A stretch of DNA of 64,000 nt from positions 29,320,024-29,384,023 of the forward strand of contig NC_085845.1 in NCBI RefSeq assembly GCF_035594765.1. Direction: 5' to 3'. Within the stretch, counting starts at the first letter, position 1. Each line of letters starts with the position of its first letter. The notes beneath the pieces are model-generated. The model searched no databases. It was not told the origin of the DNA and saw only the letters and a program-made list of their open reading frames with translations. A program made the translations under genes and the position numbers. This DNA comes from Anolis carolinensis (Eukaryota). Positions 38,048-50,282 of this stretch are shown piece by piece.

Positions 38048-40719
38048 GGAAAACTGGATGTTAAAATATCCACTCAAGTGAAGGGGCCATAGGCTGGCTA
38101 TGTTGCCACTCCCATTACAATGGTCCACACTGGCGTGGCACTTCTGAAGGACAAGAGTTCACTTCCTGAGAAAGGAAGTGTCTATTCTCCTGGGGCTGCG
38201 TTCTCCCAAAACAAAACTGATCTGAAGCTAGTCTGAAGTCTGAAAAATCTTCTGAAGAGATATCATGACCAGGAAACCTTTGTGTAGTACTTGTAGACTA
38301 GAAATAACAAAAAAATTAAAATTGTTGCAAAGTTTATTAAAATATTTAATTATTAAAATGCCAGATTGGTGTTAATTCTATGTAATGTTACTATATGAAC
38401 ATAATGTTGTTAATAAACTTCTGGTTGTAAGGTAAACTCTTTTATCCATTCTATTCACTTCTGCCTTTTATTTCTCGGTGATTGGGGTTTTTTTTGAGGG
38501 GGGCACCAAAATCCTGTTTCGCTTACACTTGAAAATTTCCTTGGGCCGGCCCTGTACATAGACTTGTGCTGTAGATTTTGAAGAGGCATGAATAAAGTGT
38601 GAAAGGGAAAAACATGCCAAGAGGAAGGTGCATCAAGTAAATCCTTGTCGTGACTGTCTTCCATCTGGAAATCTATGTCCTCATCGTGAACAACCATGCA
38701 GATTGAGACGGCGCCTCTACAGTCACTTACGGACCCACTGCCAAGACTTTACCTTTGGAAGACAATCAAAGAGCCAAAAAATGATTGAATATGAAGAACA
38801 GTTCCGGTGTCTTCAGCAGTATCATAGTATCAGCTATGACAACAACAACATAAACCAGAGTTCTGATTGGTGATATCCTAAAGTTAAAAAGCACACCAAT
38901 ATGTTAAAACTTATATATGCAATCGTTAAAGCATTGTGCAAAGTTCTATATGGCAGCTAGGCTGTTCCCTCCTCAATGATGTTAGGAAATATTAGTGGAA
39001 ATCTGTGTAAACAATTTTTTTTTGTGTGTCGGACCTAAGTTTTGAATTCTTAAAAATGAATTTCTGTACTGCTTACTGTATGAATGAGGCAAATCTATAG
39101 TATAGAAGGGCTCTTTCAGAAAAAAACCCAGATATTTGGAGTGCCCATAAACTTAAAACAATCTGCTTTGAAACTGTTAAAATGGCTTATGTACATATTA
39201 AGTTGAATTTAGGTATTAATTAAATCACGTAAGAAGTTAGTTATAGTTGGTCTACATTGAACTTGGTTTCATAACTTAGTTTGAGTGCAGTCCATTAATC
39301 TACAAAAGACTGGAAGATTTTGAAGAAGTTCACTGTAGCCAGTCTTTCCATTTCAGTAGGAATGAAAAATAACTTCAAGTTTTTATACAACTAGGATTTA
39401 GTTCTAGGATTGCCGATACCATAATTTGCTACATATTTTCCCAGGATTGCTGATATCATAATTTGCCACGTATTTTTCTATTGCAAGTACTATATTTTTT
39501 CTACCTGATGTATATTCCATAGTGCTTTGTTGTCCACTACATTTCCGTTCATATTTCTTGCTATACAAGCAGGGATGTGTTTAACTTGCATAGATACATC
39601 ATAAATTCCTCTGAGTATCTTAAGAATCCTAACAAAAAAATCATAGAAAACAAATTTGCAGCTATCCCATTGTTTTACTTCTTCAGAAAGCACTAATGTC
39701 TCAATATGAAATATATGGACCAACTTGACAGTGATTTAAAAGGATGTGATAACACAAGAAATATGCTTCTATTACATTTGTCCTTATATTGCTGGTTCCC
39801 ACATTCCTTCCTTGCTTGACTGCCTGAAAACAAACTTTTATTAGCCCTTTCGTATAGGATTGAAGCCAAGTCAGGGCCCCTTCCATAGAAAATGAGTGTA
39901 CCAGTGTGTCTTCAAGAAAGGAGGATTTTTTTTCTTCACTAGCCTTAAACAAGCTCCTTTTAGTTGGACAATGCATGGGAGATTTGCCTGATAAATGTTA
40001 TATGTCATCCTGATCAGGGAGTGTACACCTTTGAAAACTGTTTGATTGCCAGTTGGCTCTACTTTGGTAGAAGAGGAGGAGAGGATGAAAAAGCAAAGAG
40101 AACAAAAACCTTATCAGGAGACAAGTAATGGGGTCAGGCAGACATGAGGGGCACATGAAGAGTTAAGTGGAAAGAGCAATGAAAGGAGAGGAGAAAACAA
40201 CAGAAAATATGGAATGGAAACCAGAAAGAAGTGATAAAGAAAAGTGACAAGACTAAAGGGGTCGTGGAACAGTTTGACATCAGTTTAATTGCCAGGGCTC
40301 AATGTTACAAGGTCCTGGGATTTGTAGCTTGCTGAGACATTAGCACTCTGGCAGAGATGGCTAAAGGCTTTCTAAAAGGACAACTTCCCTGATTCCATAG
40401 CACTGAGCCATGGCAGTTAAGCTGGCGTCAAGCTGTATTAATTTTTCAATGCAGATGCATCTGAAAATTAAGGTTTTGCATTGGCCATATTTCATTTGGT
40501 TAAATGGTTTCTTAGATTCCAAGCAAACTATAATCTAAAATTCAACCCAGGAGAAATGAAGAATTCAATGTAGAGTATTTGTATCAGTGACATTATGTTT
40601 GTTTGGTTGCATGCTGAAATTCACGACTGGTGTGAAAGAATCAACTGTCTACAAAGATGTTGCCCAGGGGAAGCCTGGATGTGTTACGATTCTACGGGGA
40701 GGCTTCTCTCATGTCCTCC

Positions 40720-41428
40720 ATGTGAAGACATCTGCCATTGTGCTTTGCTACTCTGCTGCTGAGTACGCATGCCCAATGTGGAACAAATCTCACCACGTTA
40801 AAACAGAGACATGTCGCATTATCACAGGATGTCTACATCCTACAACACTGGAGAAATTATACTATTTAGCCAATATTGAATCACCTGACATCCACCAGGA
40901 AGTACCATCCAATACTTAAAGGACCAAGGCAATGACATTTCCAGCCCATTCCCCTGTTCGGATATCAGCCAGCGCGCCAACAGTTTTCTAAGATCTACAG
41001 AGATACTCGCAGGCACACCTCAGCAAGTGAGTCCAAAAGTGGCAGGCTAAAACCCGGATCCTCAATCAGTGGCTGACGCTGAATGAGAGTCTCCCTCTTG
41101 GGCACACAGAAAATTGGGTGACTTGGAAGGCGCTGAACAGACTTTGCTCTGGCTCCACAAGATGCAGAGCCAACCTTAAGAAATGGGGCCACAAAGTGGA
41201 GTCCACAACATATGAGTGTGGAGAAGAGCAAACCACAGACCACCTACTACAATGCAGTCTGAGCCCTGCCATATGCACAATGGAGGACCTTACAACACCA
41301 GAGGCACTCCCAAATGGCCAGCTACTGGTCAAAGGACATTTAGTGTAATGCCAAGTTTTTAACTTTGCTTGTGTTTTTAAATACATTACAACTGTACCCT
41401 CAGTTCACTTCTGATATGAAAAATAAAT
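40720..41428 (+). mobile_element. Vingi non-LTR retrotransposon 3' fragment
   Basis: LCYSAAEYACPMW...ETCRIITGCL; WKALNRL...CGEEQTTDHLLQC; frameshifted. Confidence 0.8.
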
Positions 41429-42052
41429 TCAGTGACATTGAAGTTTAAGAGGAAATGGCAAGTTTCAACATTTCAAATCTTTTTCGTATATATATATATA
41501 TATATACACACAACTTAGTTTTGTGTAAACTAGAGTGGATTTGTCCTGTTTGACGGAGGTGATGCTGAGAGCAGTATACTTTTGCTGGAGTACTGACTAT
41601 GGCTATCCTAGCTGTTCAAATTTCTGAACCAAGTTGAAAAAGTTATCAAATGTAGGCAAACTTTTTGCAACATTACATGAAAGAATGGAAACGGTGGGGA
41701 GGGGGAATAAAAGCTGGAAGTACAAAGTGTGGGGTTTATGTGATCGCTAATCTCTTCACTAATAAGGCCACGAAGCGTAAGCATTTTGTTGGAAATGCCC
41801 TCAAGCTCAGTGCTGTTCTTTGTTGAATTCACAAAGCCTCTCCCCCTTCCAAAGGCTGGGAATGTAAACCCCTTGGCTCTTTTCTTAAAATCTTGTTGGG
41901 AAGTTTTCAGCCGGGGAGAACTATACACTGTTTTGTAGCGCAAGAATTGGCCCAAATAGACTTGCTGTGGTGTTGTTTTTCAATTTCTTCTAGTGAATGG
42001 CCTTTTGCTTGTTAGCTCTGGAAACTTATTTTCCAATTTTCTTTCCCCTGCA

Positions 42053-42158
42053 ATGTTTTTGAATGATTCTGCTAACTCTTCGGAAAGTGACGATGAACCT
42101 CATTCTGCTTTTTCCCAGGCTGAACACAACATAGTTGCAGCTTATTTGATAACAGCAG
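42053..42158 (+). CDS. RRH: Peropsin (RPE-derived rhodopsin homolog) exon 1 (MFLNDSANSSESDDEPHSAFSQAEHNIVAAYLITA)
   Basis: N-glycosylation sequons, start of TM1, 106 nt, GTATG donor. Confidence 0.93.
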
Positions 42159-43502
42159 GTATGAATATTGATAGAATTGCTTAACGGAGTTGCAAAATTT
42201 CCAGAATTGTTGAAGTTTGTAGGGAAAGAATAATTTTGCTGGTTCTTTTTTTAGGGAAAAAATACATTTTTGGAGAAGTTTGAATGTGATTTTGGCTTCC
42301 TTTAAAGACTGAAAGCCACTTTGTTACTTTAGACATGTAAAAAGTATTACATATACATAACTTGGTTTGATATGTTTAATATATTATAAGTGGAGTTTAT
42401 TCAAATAATTACTAATTGAATTTGCTTCTTAATTTTTTTCATAACATGGAGAATAGCCGAACTGTAAGGAATCGCTATTGTGTTTCCAGTTTTATGAGGA
42501 GCTGGCAGAAAGCATTCAATTAAAGAAAGAAAATTATTTTGTATTTCTAGTCTGCTATAGCATCAAACATAAAGCACCAATTTCCATAAAAAGGACTGGC
42601 AAAAGAAACAAAGAACAGGAACTGCTTATGTCTTACATAAAAGTCTTCCATAGCTGTTACATAATTTTTAAGGTTTTTGGCAGTGAAATAACCATATGAA
42701 TACCTTGCCTCAAACATCTTATCCTTCTAAAGGGAAATATTCCATTATCCATTTACCATATTTTCAGGAAAATCATTGACGGATCCCCAAATCACTTTGT
42801 TTGGGGTGGTGGGAGTGGTGGAGGGTATTTATTTGGGAGTCAACATAGTAGTTTGACTGACTATGACTCTGGAGACAGGATTTGAATCTCCACTCAGTTA
42901 TGGAAACCTATTGGGCATGTCACACTCTGTCAACCTCAGAGGAAGGCAAATTCTGCCAAGAGAAGCCCATGATAAGTTCTTCGTAAGGTCCCTATAAGTT
43001 GGAAATGGCTTGAAGGCACACAATAACAATAAAGCATGTATTTGTTACTTCCTATTGTGTTGTATTGTAGCACTTATAATTTTTATTACTTTATTTGTAA
43101 TTGTTTGCAATAGTGAATGGCTAGTGCCATGGTTAGGAATACAGGGTAACATAATGCATAGGACTGCTGTCCTTTTACTAGTTGTGTTGAACGGCATTTC
43201 AGCAGGTGTGGCTTGTCATCCTGAGATCCTGATAACTTTAGCTCCGCCTCATGTTTCCTTGTGTGTATTTTATGGGAAATGGTACAACTGTCACGGGGGG
43301 GGGGGGGAACGGGGACTGGGTGGTAAGACTTTGAGTCTTGTTTCAGCTGTATGCTTCACTTGCAAAGGATTTGATAAGTTGTATAAGTTTGGAAAATGAT
43401 TGGTTGTACTCATCCATACACATAATGATGGCCAGGATGTGAAAAAAGGTCATCCAGGGAGTAATACATGATAGGCTTGTGACATACAGGGCTTCAGTCA
43501 GT

Positions 43503-44637
43503 ACCTCCAAGGAAGCCCCTCAGATACTGGACCAGTGCTTGGCGGCTGTGATGGGCTGGATGAGGGCGAACAAGCTGAAGCTTAATCCTGACAAGACAGA
43601 GGTCCTCCAGGTCAGTCGCATGTCTGATCGGGGTATTGGGTGGCAACCTGTGCTTGACGGGGTCGCACTCCCCCTGAAGGCGCAGGTCCGCAGCTTGGGG
43701 GTCCTCCTGGACTCATCACTGACACTTGAGGCTCAGGTGCCGGCGGTGGCCGGGAGGGCCTTTGCACAACTAAAACTTGTGCGCCAGCTGCGACCATACC
43801 TCGTGAAGTCTGATCTGGCTACGGTGGTCCATGCCTTAGTTACCTCTAGATTGGATTATTGCAACACACTCTACGTGGGGCTGCCTTTGAAGACGGCCCG
43901 GAAACTCCAACTAGTTCAGCGGGCGGCAGCCAGGTTCCTAACAGGAGCAAATTACAGGGAGCGGTCTACTCCCCTGTTCAAGGAGCTCCACTGGCTGCCG
44001 TTCACCTTCCGGACCCAATTCAAGGTGCAGGTGTTGACCTACAAAGCCCTGAACGGTTTGGGACCCACTTACCTTTCTGACCGCATCTCCCCCTATGAAC
44101 CCGCACGATCTCTTCGTCCGTCGGAGGAGGCCCTCCTCTCGCTTCCGCCTCCGTCACAAGCTTGGTTGGTGGGGACGAGGGAGAGGGCCCCTCTGGCTCT
44201 GGAACCCGCTCCCCAGGGAAATTAGGCAAGCTGCCACCTTGGATGTGTTCAGAAAGAGCCTGAAAACCTGGCTCTTCAAACAGGCCTTTGAAGAAGTACC
44301 GCCCACTGTTTGCTAAACCCTGGTACTAGCGGGTTCTTCTGACCAGTTGTTGGTTAACTCCTTGACATAGCCTCAGAGTTCACCCCAGTTTAAGGCTCTT
44401 CCCATGACGTTGTATCACCTTAATCTTCCAACTTGTTTACAAGTTCCACTCAGTGCACTTTGTCCAGCTCATTTTATGTTTTTATTGCTGTGTTTTTCAT
44501 GTGTTTTATAATGACCGTGATTTTTAATGCCTTTTAAATTTACTTGTGTGTTTTTGTAAAACCATATACTGTATGCTGGTTTTATATCTGTAAGCCGCCC
44601 CGAGTCCCTCTGGGGAGATGGTGGCGGAGTACAAAAA

Positions 44638-44640
<3 letters not shown>
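43503..44640 (+). mobile_element. L2 LINE, 5'-truncated
   Basis: RT C-terminal WMRANKLKLNPDKTE...VHALVTSRLDYCN; L2 tail GTAAGCCGCCCCGAGTCCC then (TTA)n. Confidence 0.93.

Positions 44641-44696
<56 letters not shown>
44638..44696. repeat. (TTA)n microsatellite
   Basis: direct; others: (CTA)n(ATA)n 45659-45733, (AAAT)n 59621-59662, (ATT)n 60003-60053. Confidence 0.98.
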
Positions 44697-44698
<2 letters not shown>

Positions 44699-44703
44699 TT
44701 GAC

Positions 44704-44838
44704 CAATGGTTCTGAACCTGTGGGTCCCCAGATGTTTTGGCCTTCAACTCCCAGAAATCCTAACAGCTGGTAAACTGGCTGGGATTTCTGGGAGTTGTAG
44801 GTCAAAACACCTGGAGACCCACAGGTTGAGAACCACTG
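44704..44838. mobile_element. hAT MITE (CAGTGGTTCTCAACC TIR)
   Basis: palindromic; near-perfect 8-bp TSD ACCTTGAC/ACCTAGAC; copies at 50486-50620 and 56619-56753. Confidence 0.85.
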
Positions 44839-45658
44839 ACCTAGACTGATGTGGGTTTGTTTTGATCTTGAAGGGTTTACATTGCTTCCCACAGGTGTTT
44901 TCATCTGGGGCAGTTGGCCAGACAGGTGACTGAAGATTTTCATGTTATTATTTAAACATTTTTATTTTGTAACAAAATATAACTCATTCCCAAGCACACA
45001 TGGTCAGTATCAGGGCAACAAAAGCAACATCATTATGTTGTTGGAGAACCAGCATGGACATAGTGATTTAAGTGTTGGACTACAACCAGGGTTGAAAGGG
45101 CCTTTTAAACCCACTGGTTGATCCTAGACAAGTCACACACTCTTATTACATGTTCTTCGTTCTTGCTATATTAGATTAATGTCTCTCAATTACATTTTTA
45201 AAAGGTGTCACTTCCCATATAAGAAAACATTTCAGTTTTAGTTCTGTATGAATGATACTAGATATTGCTAGTACCTGTCCTTGGTGGTCCAGGTCCATAA
45301 CTGATTGAAAATGTGTGAGGATATTCCCCTTTGTCAGTCCAGCACAAGCAACAATAATTGTCTGAGAAGCAATTCTCTTCCTGGATGCAGGACCACTAAC
45401 CAGTGTTGGCAACGAGACAAAACATACAAGTCTAGCTCATAGGAATGTAGCTCATAGCAATGATTGTGTTTTTAATTGAATGTTTTAATTTAATTTAATG
45501 TTTTATAATCTTATTATTAATTTGCTAATTGTGTTGTGGTTTATCTTGTTGGGTGTGTCATTAATTGTTTATTGTGTTTTTATGCATTTTGTTGTATTAT
45601 TCATACTGTGAGCTGCCCTGAATCCCCTTTGGAGATGGGGCAGGGTATAAATAAAGTT

Positions 45659-45734
<76 letters not shown>

Positions 45735-46682
45735 GACCTGAAATTGTCTAGGAGCAGTTAAGATTCCTTGGAGGCTTATTGCTGGGTGTTTTGCTTCATT
45801 TCAAGTTATTATTGCTTTCATTTTTCAACACAACAACATCTGATTATTTCATTTCCTAACTACATCAATTTTTGAGTTTCAGCTTGCAAGGGAGATGCTT
45901 CCTGGTGTTTTGTATAATTCTCTATTGTACAGAGAATATACAGGTGACCATCTGTTGATAGTCTGAATGGCTATTGAAAAAGATTAAGACATACGGAAAA
46001 CTGAGGGGGGTTTTATGCGTTATATTTCCTCTTGGAAACAAAAAAAAATAGATAGTATGCTGTTTTTCCACTAACCATCTGGCTTTCAAATTCTTGTGTA
46101 TATAAATGGACACTTTCACTGCCATATGACTTCTAGGTTATTTATTTACCTTGACTATCTTCTACTGTGCGGTGTTAGTGATGTTTTGTTGATTGTTACC
46201 CCAGTAAATAGAGGTGTGGTGGTGAGGTTATTAAGTTATCAGATTCCATTCTTTAAATGTATACATTCAAAGGTAAGTGGACAAGTGCAATTTTGACTGT
46301 GCTCATGACAATGTGAAAGAGTCTAAACAGTTTTAAAAGGTGGTTTCACATGGAAAGTGTTGTAGCAATACAGTTAAATGAATTAGGCACAGGCAAATAT
46401 TGTTTAGCATTATGTATGTATGGATAATTTGCATAGGAATGGTATGGTGGCTCCCACATTGGTCAGGTAGTGGATCCAAGGATCTATCCAAGGTGCTGAA
46501 TATCTAAAGCTTGGTACCTTGGATAGCCCCTTTAACAATCAATTTAAAATCCAGGGCAGAACATCTAATGAATCATTTCAAAATAGAGATCTAGACTGTG
46601 ATTTTTTTTGGGGGGGGGGTGGGTGGGTGGGTGAGATAATGTATACCAATTCTGTACTAATACTTTGTTTGTCTTTTGACAG

Positions 46683-46873
46683 GGGTCATAAGCCTTCTCA
46701 GTAACATAGTTGTGCTAGGCATCTTTGTTAAGTACAAGGAACTTCGGACAGCAACCAATGCTATTATTATCAACCTGGCTTTCACTGACATTGGCGTGAG
46801 TGGTATTGGTTACCCCATGTCTGCAGCTTCAGATCTGCATGGAAGCTGGAAGTTTGGCTACACAGGTTGCCAG
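46683..46873 (+). CDS. RRH: RRH exon 2 (TM1-TM2, LRTATNAIIINLAFTD...GCQ)
   Basis: ORF 46676-46888; 191 nt. Confidence 0.98.
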
Positions 46874-47720
46874 GTACTTGGATTTTAGCAAGTACTTGAT
46901 TGGTGAAATAAGCTCAACTCCATTAAAGGTTATATCACAGTAAATCGGTTAGTCTTTCAAGAGATATGAGGAGGCTGACTGCTGCATGGAAGCCAGAAAT
47001 GATGGAAAATAAAGATAAAACTGGTAACAGGTTGCCACTAGGTGGCTGCCTTAGCAAGATTCCTCTTATCCCTGCCTTGTTGTATCTCCATCTTTCAGCT
47101 ATTGTGCAGTGGTTAGTAGATCTTAACTGCTTTAGTTATGCATGAAGGTCAGCTTCAAGAAAACCTGTTTCTGGAAATATGGTCAGTTTATTCCAATGCA
47201 TATGCTTAATCTATACTCATATTCTATGTATCCTTCCTTTTCTTTTTTCAATAGAGGTTCTATAATTTTTTTAATTAAACATATGAAACAGAACAACCTA
47301 AACCAGAATTTTAAAAATGGTAGGATAAAAGCTAAGTAAAATCAGTGATGGAGGTAACTGTGATGTAAGTGATCGTATAAATACTTAAAAGTTTTTCAAA
47401 GCTAAAAAGGTTTGGGAAAATAAAAAAGAAAGCATTGGAAGCCCCTCTTAGAAGAATCTGCTTCAGTTGGGTGCTACCACCAAAAATATTGCCATTGCTT
47501 AGTTTGGCAAATGTGTTAAGAACAAACGTTGCACAAGTATTAGTGGTACCTAATATTTCATTCTTGAAATCTCATTGATGTTAGATTTGGATTGCTTAAT
47601 GGCTTATGATATCGAGAGACTATTAAATGGTTGTATCCACTGCTGAATACAATATGCAACAATGCATGGTAAGAAAAAATGAAGATTAAAATGATGTATT
47701 TCCCCCCTTTAAAATTTCAG

Positions 47721-47820
47721 ATCTATGCTGCTTTAAATATCTTCTTTGGAATGGCAAGTATTGGTTTGCTTACTGTTGTTGCTATTGATCGTTATCTGAC
47801 AATCTGCAAGCCGCATATAG
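47721..47820 (+). CDS. RRH: RRH exon 3 (TM3, DRY motif)
   Basis: IYAALNIFFGMASIGLLTVVAIDRYLTIC; 100 nt. Confidence 0.98.
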
Positions 47821-48504
47821 GTATGTTTTAAAAATATTTCACATTTAGAAAATCCATAATAATTTGTAATTAGGAATCCAATTTAAATGTTGGAATATTT
47901 CTTACTGGATAAATTTGTATTCTGTAAATTCTTATTTTGCATATAGAATCACAAATGGCATACACATAAACATCTCTATACTGATCTGGTAAGTTTTTGT
48001 GTCATCTGGGAATGCTTGAAAATAGATTTTGAGGCTTTAATGTCACCTAAAACACAAAGAAATGAACTTTCTCCAACATCGTTCACCCTGAGATTTGCCT
48101 TTCTGTTGAGAAATCCAAGTAAGAATAGCAATTTCCAGAGATTTCAGCCAGTTCTCTCTGATCTGTCAATTTTATTAAAATTCTTCAATGGTACAAATAC
48201 CAAAATTGTTTAGACTGGTATGGTAGTGTGCACTCCATGGAAAAAAGAAGGCTGTAAGGCAGAACATTTTAACAAAAGCTGGCATAGGGGTAATATTATG
48301 ACTTAAAATGATGCCACACCAGCCAAGTCTGTTAGACTTCAATCCCATGGATATTAGCATATATGAAAACTTTTCTGGAAAGTTTTTAATTCTGTTTATA
48401 GATTTTATGCATCTTGTTCTCTTTAAAAATCTTTGTGTGACTGCTTCAATTTCTGAAGTGATTGAAAAGTATAAGTAAAAGTAATATTGTATATTTGTCA
48501 ATAG

Positions 48505-48658
48505 GTAGTAGACTTACTGCAACCAACTACACAACCCTGATTCTTGCTGCCTGGATCAATGCACTTTTTTGGGCTTCCATGCCTGTTGTGGGGTGGGCAA
48601 GCTATGCCCCAGATCCAACTGGAGCCACCTGTACTGTAAACTGGAGGAAAAACGACAC
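48505..48658 (+). CDS. RRH: RRH exon 4 (TM4, ECL2 GWASYAPDPTGATCTVNW)
   Basis: ORF 48462-48686; 154 nt. Confidence 0.98.
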
Positions 48659-48947
48659 GTATGTTTTCAGTTGTGTGTGTTCATAGTCTTGTACTTGTGC
48701 TTCATAGTCTTGTACTTGGGTCAAGAACCAGTATGTGCCCCATAGAATTCAATGGAATTAATTCCTTAAACAGGTAAAAGATTGCCAGGTGTGTGTTTAC
48801 ATGAGGCTGAAATGTTGCTGCTGTTATGGAGTGTTGCATCTTAAATTCAAAATATTTTTAGAACATTTTAAAATGTTTGAGTCTAAACTGAAGATGAATC
48901 CAGAATGCAGACAATTTTCTAGTAATTTCTGTATTTTTCACTTTCAG

Positions 48948-49116
48948 ATCCTTTGTTTCTTACACTATGTCTGTAATTGCTGTTAATTTTGTTATTCCCT
49001 TATCGGTCATGTTCTACTGTTACTACAACGTTTCAAAAACGATGAAATACTACATGAGAAACAGTTGTCTCGAAAACATCAACATAGACTGGTCTGATCA
49101 AGTTGATGTAACAAAG
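48948..49116 (+). CDS. RRH: RRH exon 5 (TM5...DWSDQVDVTK)
   Basis: manual translation; 169 nt. Confidence 0.97.
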
Positions 49117-50103
49117 GTATGGTGATTTTTGCAGGGATGCTCTGACATGCTGTAATATGGAACAGGGCAAACAAAGGAGTTCATGGTGTGATGTTTCTCT
49201 CTCTCTATTTCTCTCTTCTTCTCAGGAGCTTATGGGAGGTGGAGCAATAAAACAGGGTTGAAGACCAGAAGTTTTACATGTGTTTTCAACCACAGCTCTG
49301 ACCGTTCCATAACATTGGCCATATTATTTGGGACTTCCTTGAACTGAAGTCCAAAACATCTGGAAGGCCAAACTCTCCCTGTCCCTGCAATATAAATAGT
49401 CTCTAGTTGACCTAGATGAGTGGTTAAGCAGTTCCTGTTTAGAGTTGTATTTAACCTCACTGACTTTACCTGCATTTCTATCTGCATTTAAATCTGATAT
49501 GTGCTTTGCGCAATACTGTACATTCCTTGGTCCACTCAGTTTCTTTTTTCCATCTATCATGTAGTGTTTATCCCCTGTGAATTTGACCTAAGTAGTAGTG
49601 ATACACATGCCCTCTAAATATTTTTGGTTTTGGGTTAAATTGTTGAGTTGCTGAACTTGCTGACTGAAATGTCGGTGGTTTGAATCCAGGGAGTGGGGTG
49701 AGCTGCCACTGTTAGTCCCAGCTTCTGCCAACCTAGCAGTTTGAAAACATGTAAATGTGAGTAGATCAATAGGTACCGCTCCAGTGGGAAGGTAATGGCG
49801 CTCCATGCAGTCATGCTGGCCACATAACCTTGGAGGCATTTATGGACAATGCCGGCTCTTCAGCTTAGAAATGGAGATGAGACCAACCCCAGAGTAGGGC
49901 ATGACTAGATTTAATGTCAGGGGAAAACCTTTACCTTAAATCTTAAATAATCTACATAGAAATGAATCAATGGTAATAAAAGACAAGTATGAGCAAAAAC
50001 GAAAGATGAGGTAGTTTGAAGATATTGAGAATGGGACAAAGACATGATGTTATAAAACCACAATTCTTTTGTAAGATTACCATATGTCTGTTCTCTTTTA
50101 CAG

Positions 50104-50282
50104 ATGTCTGTTGTCATGATTATAATGTTTCTATTGGCTTGGTCTCCATATTCTATTGTGTGTTTATGGTCATCCTTTGGAGACCCCAAGAAAATTTCTC
50201 CTGCCATGGCGATCGTAGCTCCATTATTTGCAAAATCATCTACATTCTATAATCCCTGTATTTATGTCATTGCAAACAAAAG
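50104..50282 (+). CDS. RRH: RRH exon 6 (TM6-7; retinal-binding Lys in AKSST; NPCIY)
   Basis: ORF 50104-50286; 179 nt. Confidence 0.98.

Larger units (their letters stand above)
32540..38554 (+). mobile_element. Composite non-autonomous hAT (Tip100-like) transposon, 6015 bp
   Basis: TIR CAGGGCCGG...CCGGCCCTG; perfect 8-bp TSD TACATAGA (32532-32539 / 38555-38562); second left end at 36188. Confidence 0.88.

Noticed and set aside
43479-44225. 248-aa ORF as a host gene
   Set aside because: C-terminal part of L2 ORF2 in a 5'-truncated copy.
48595-48645. Asp rather than Glu at the opsin 181 counterion position (YAPDPTG)
   Set aside because: Same as I recall for mammalian peropsin; not unusual for RRH.
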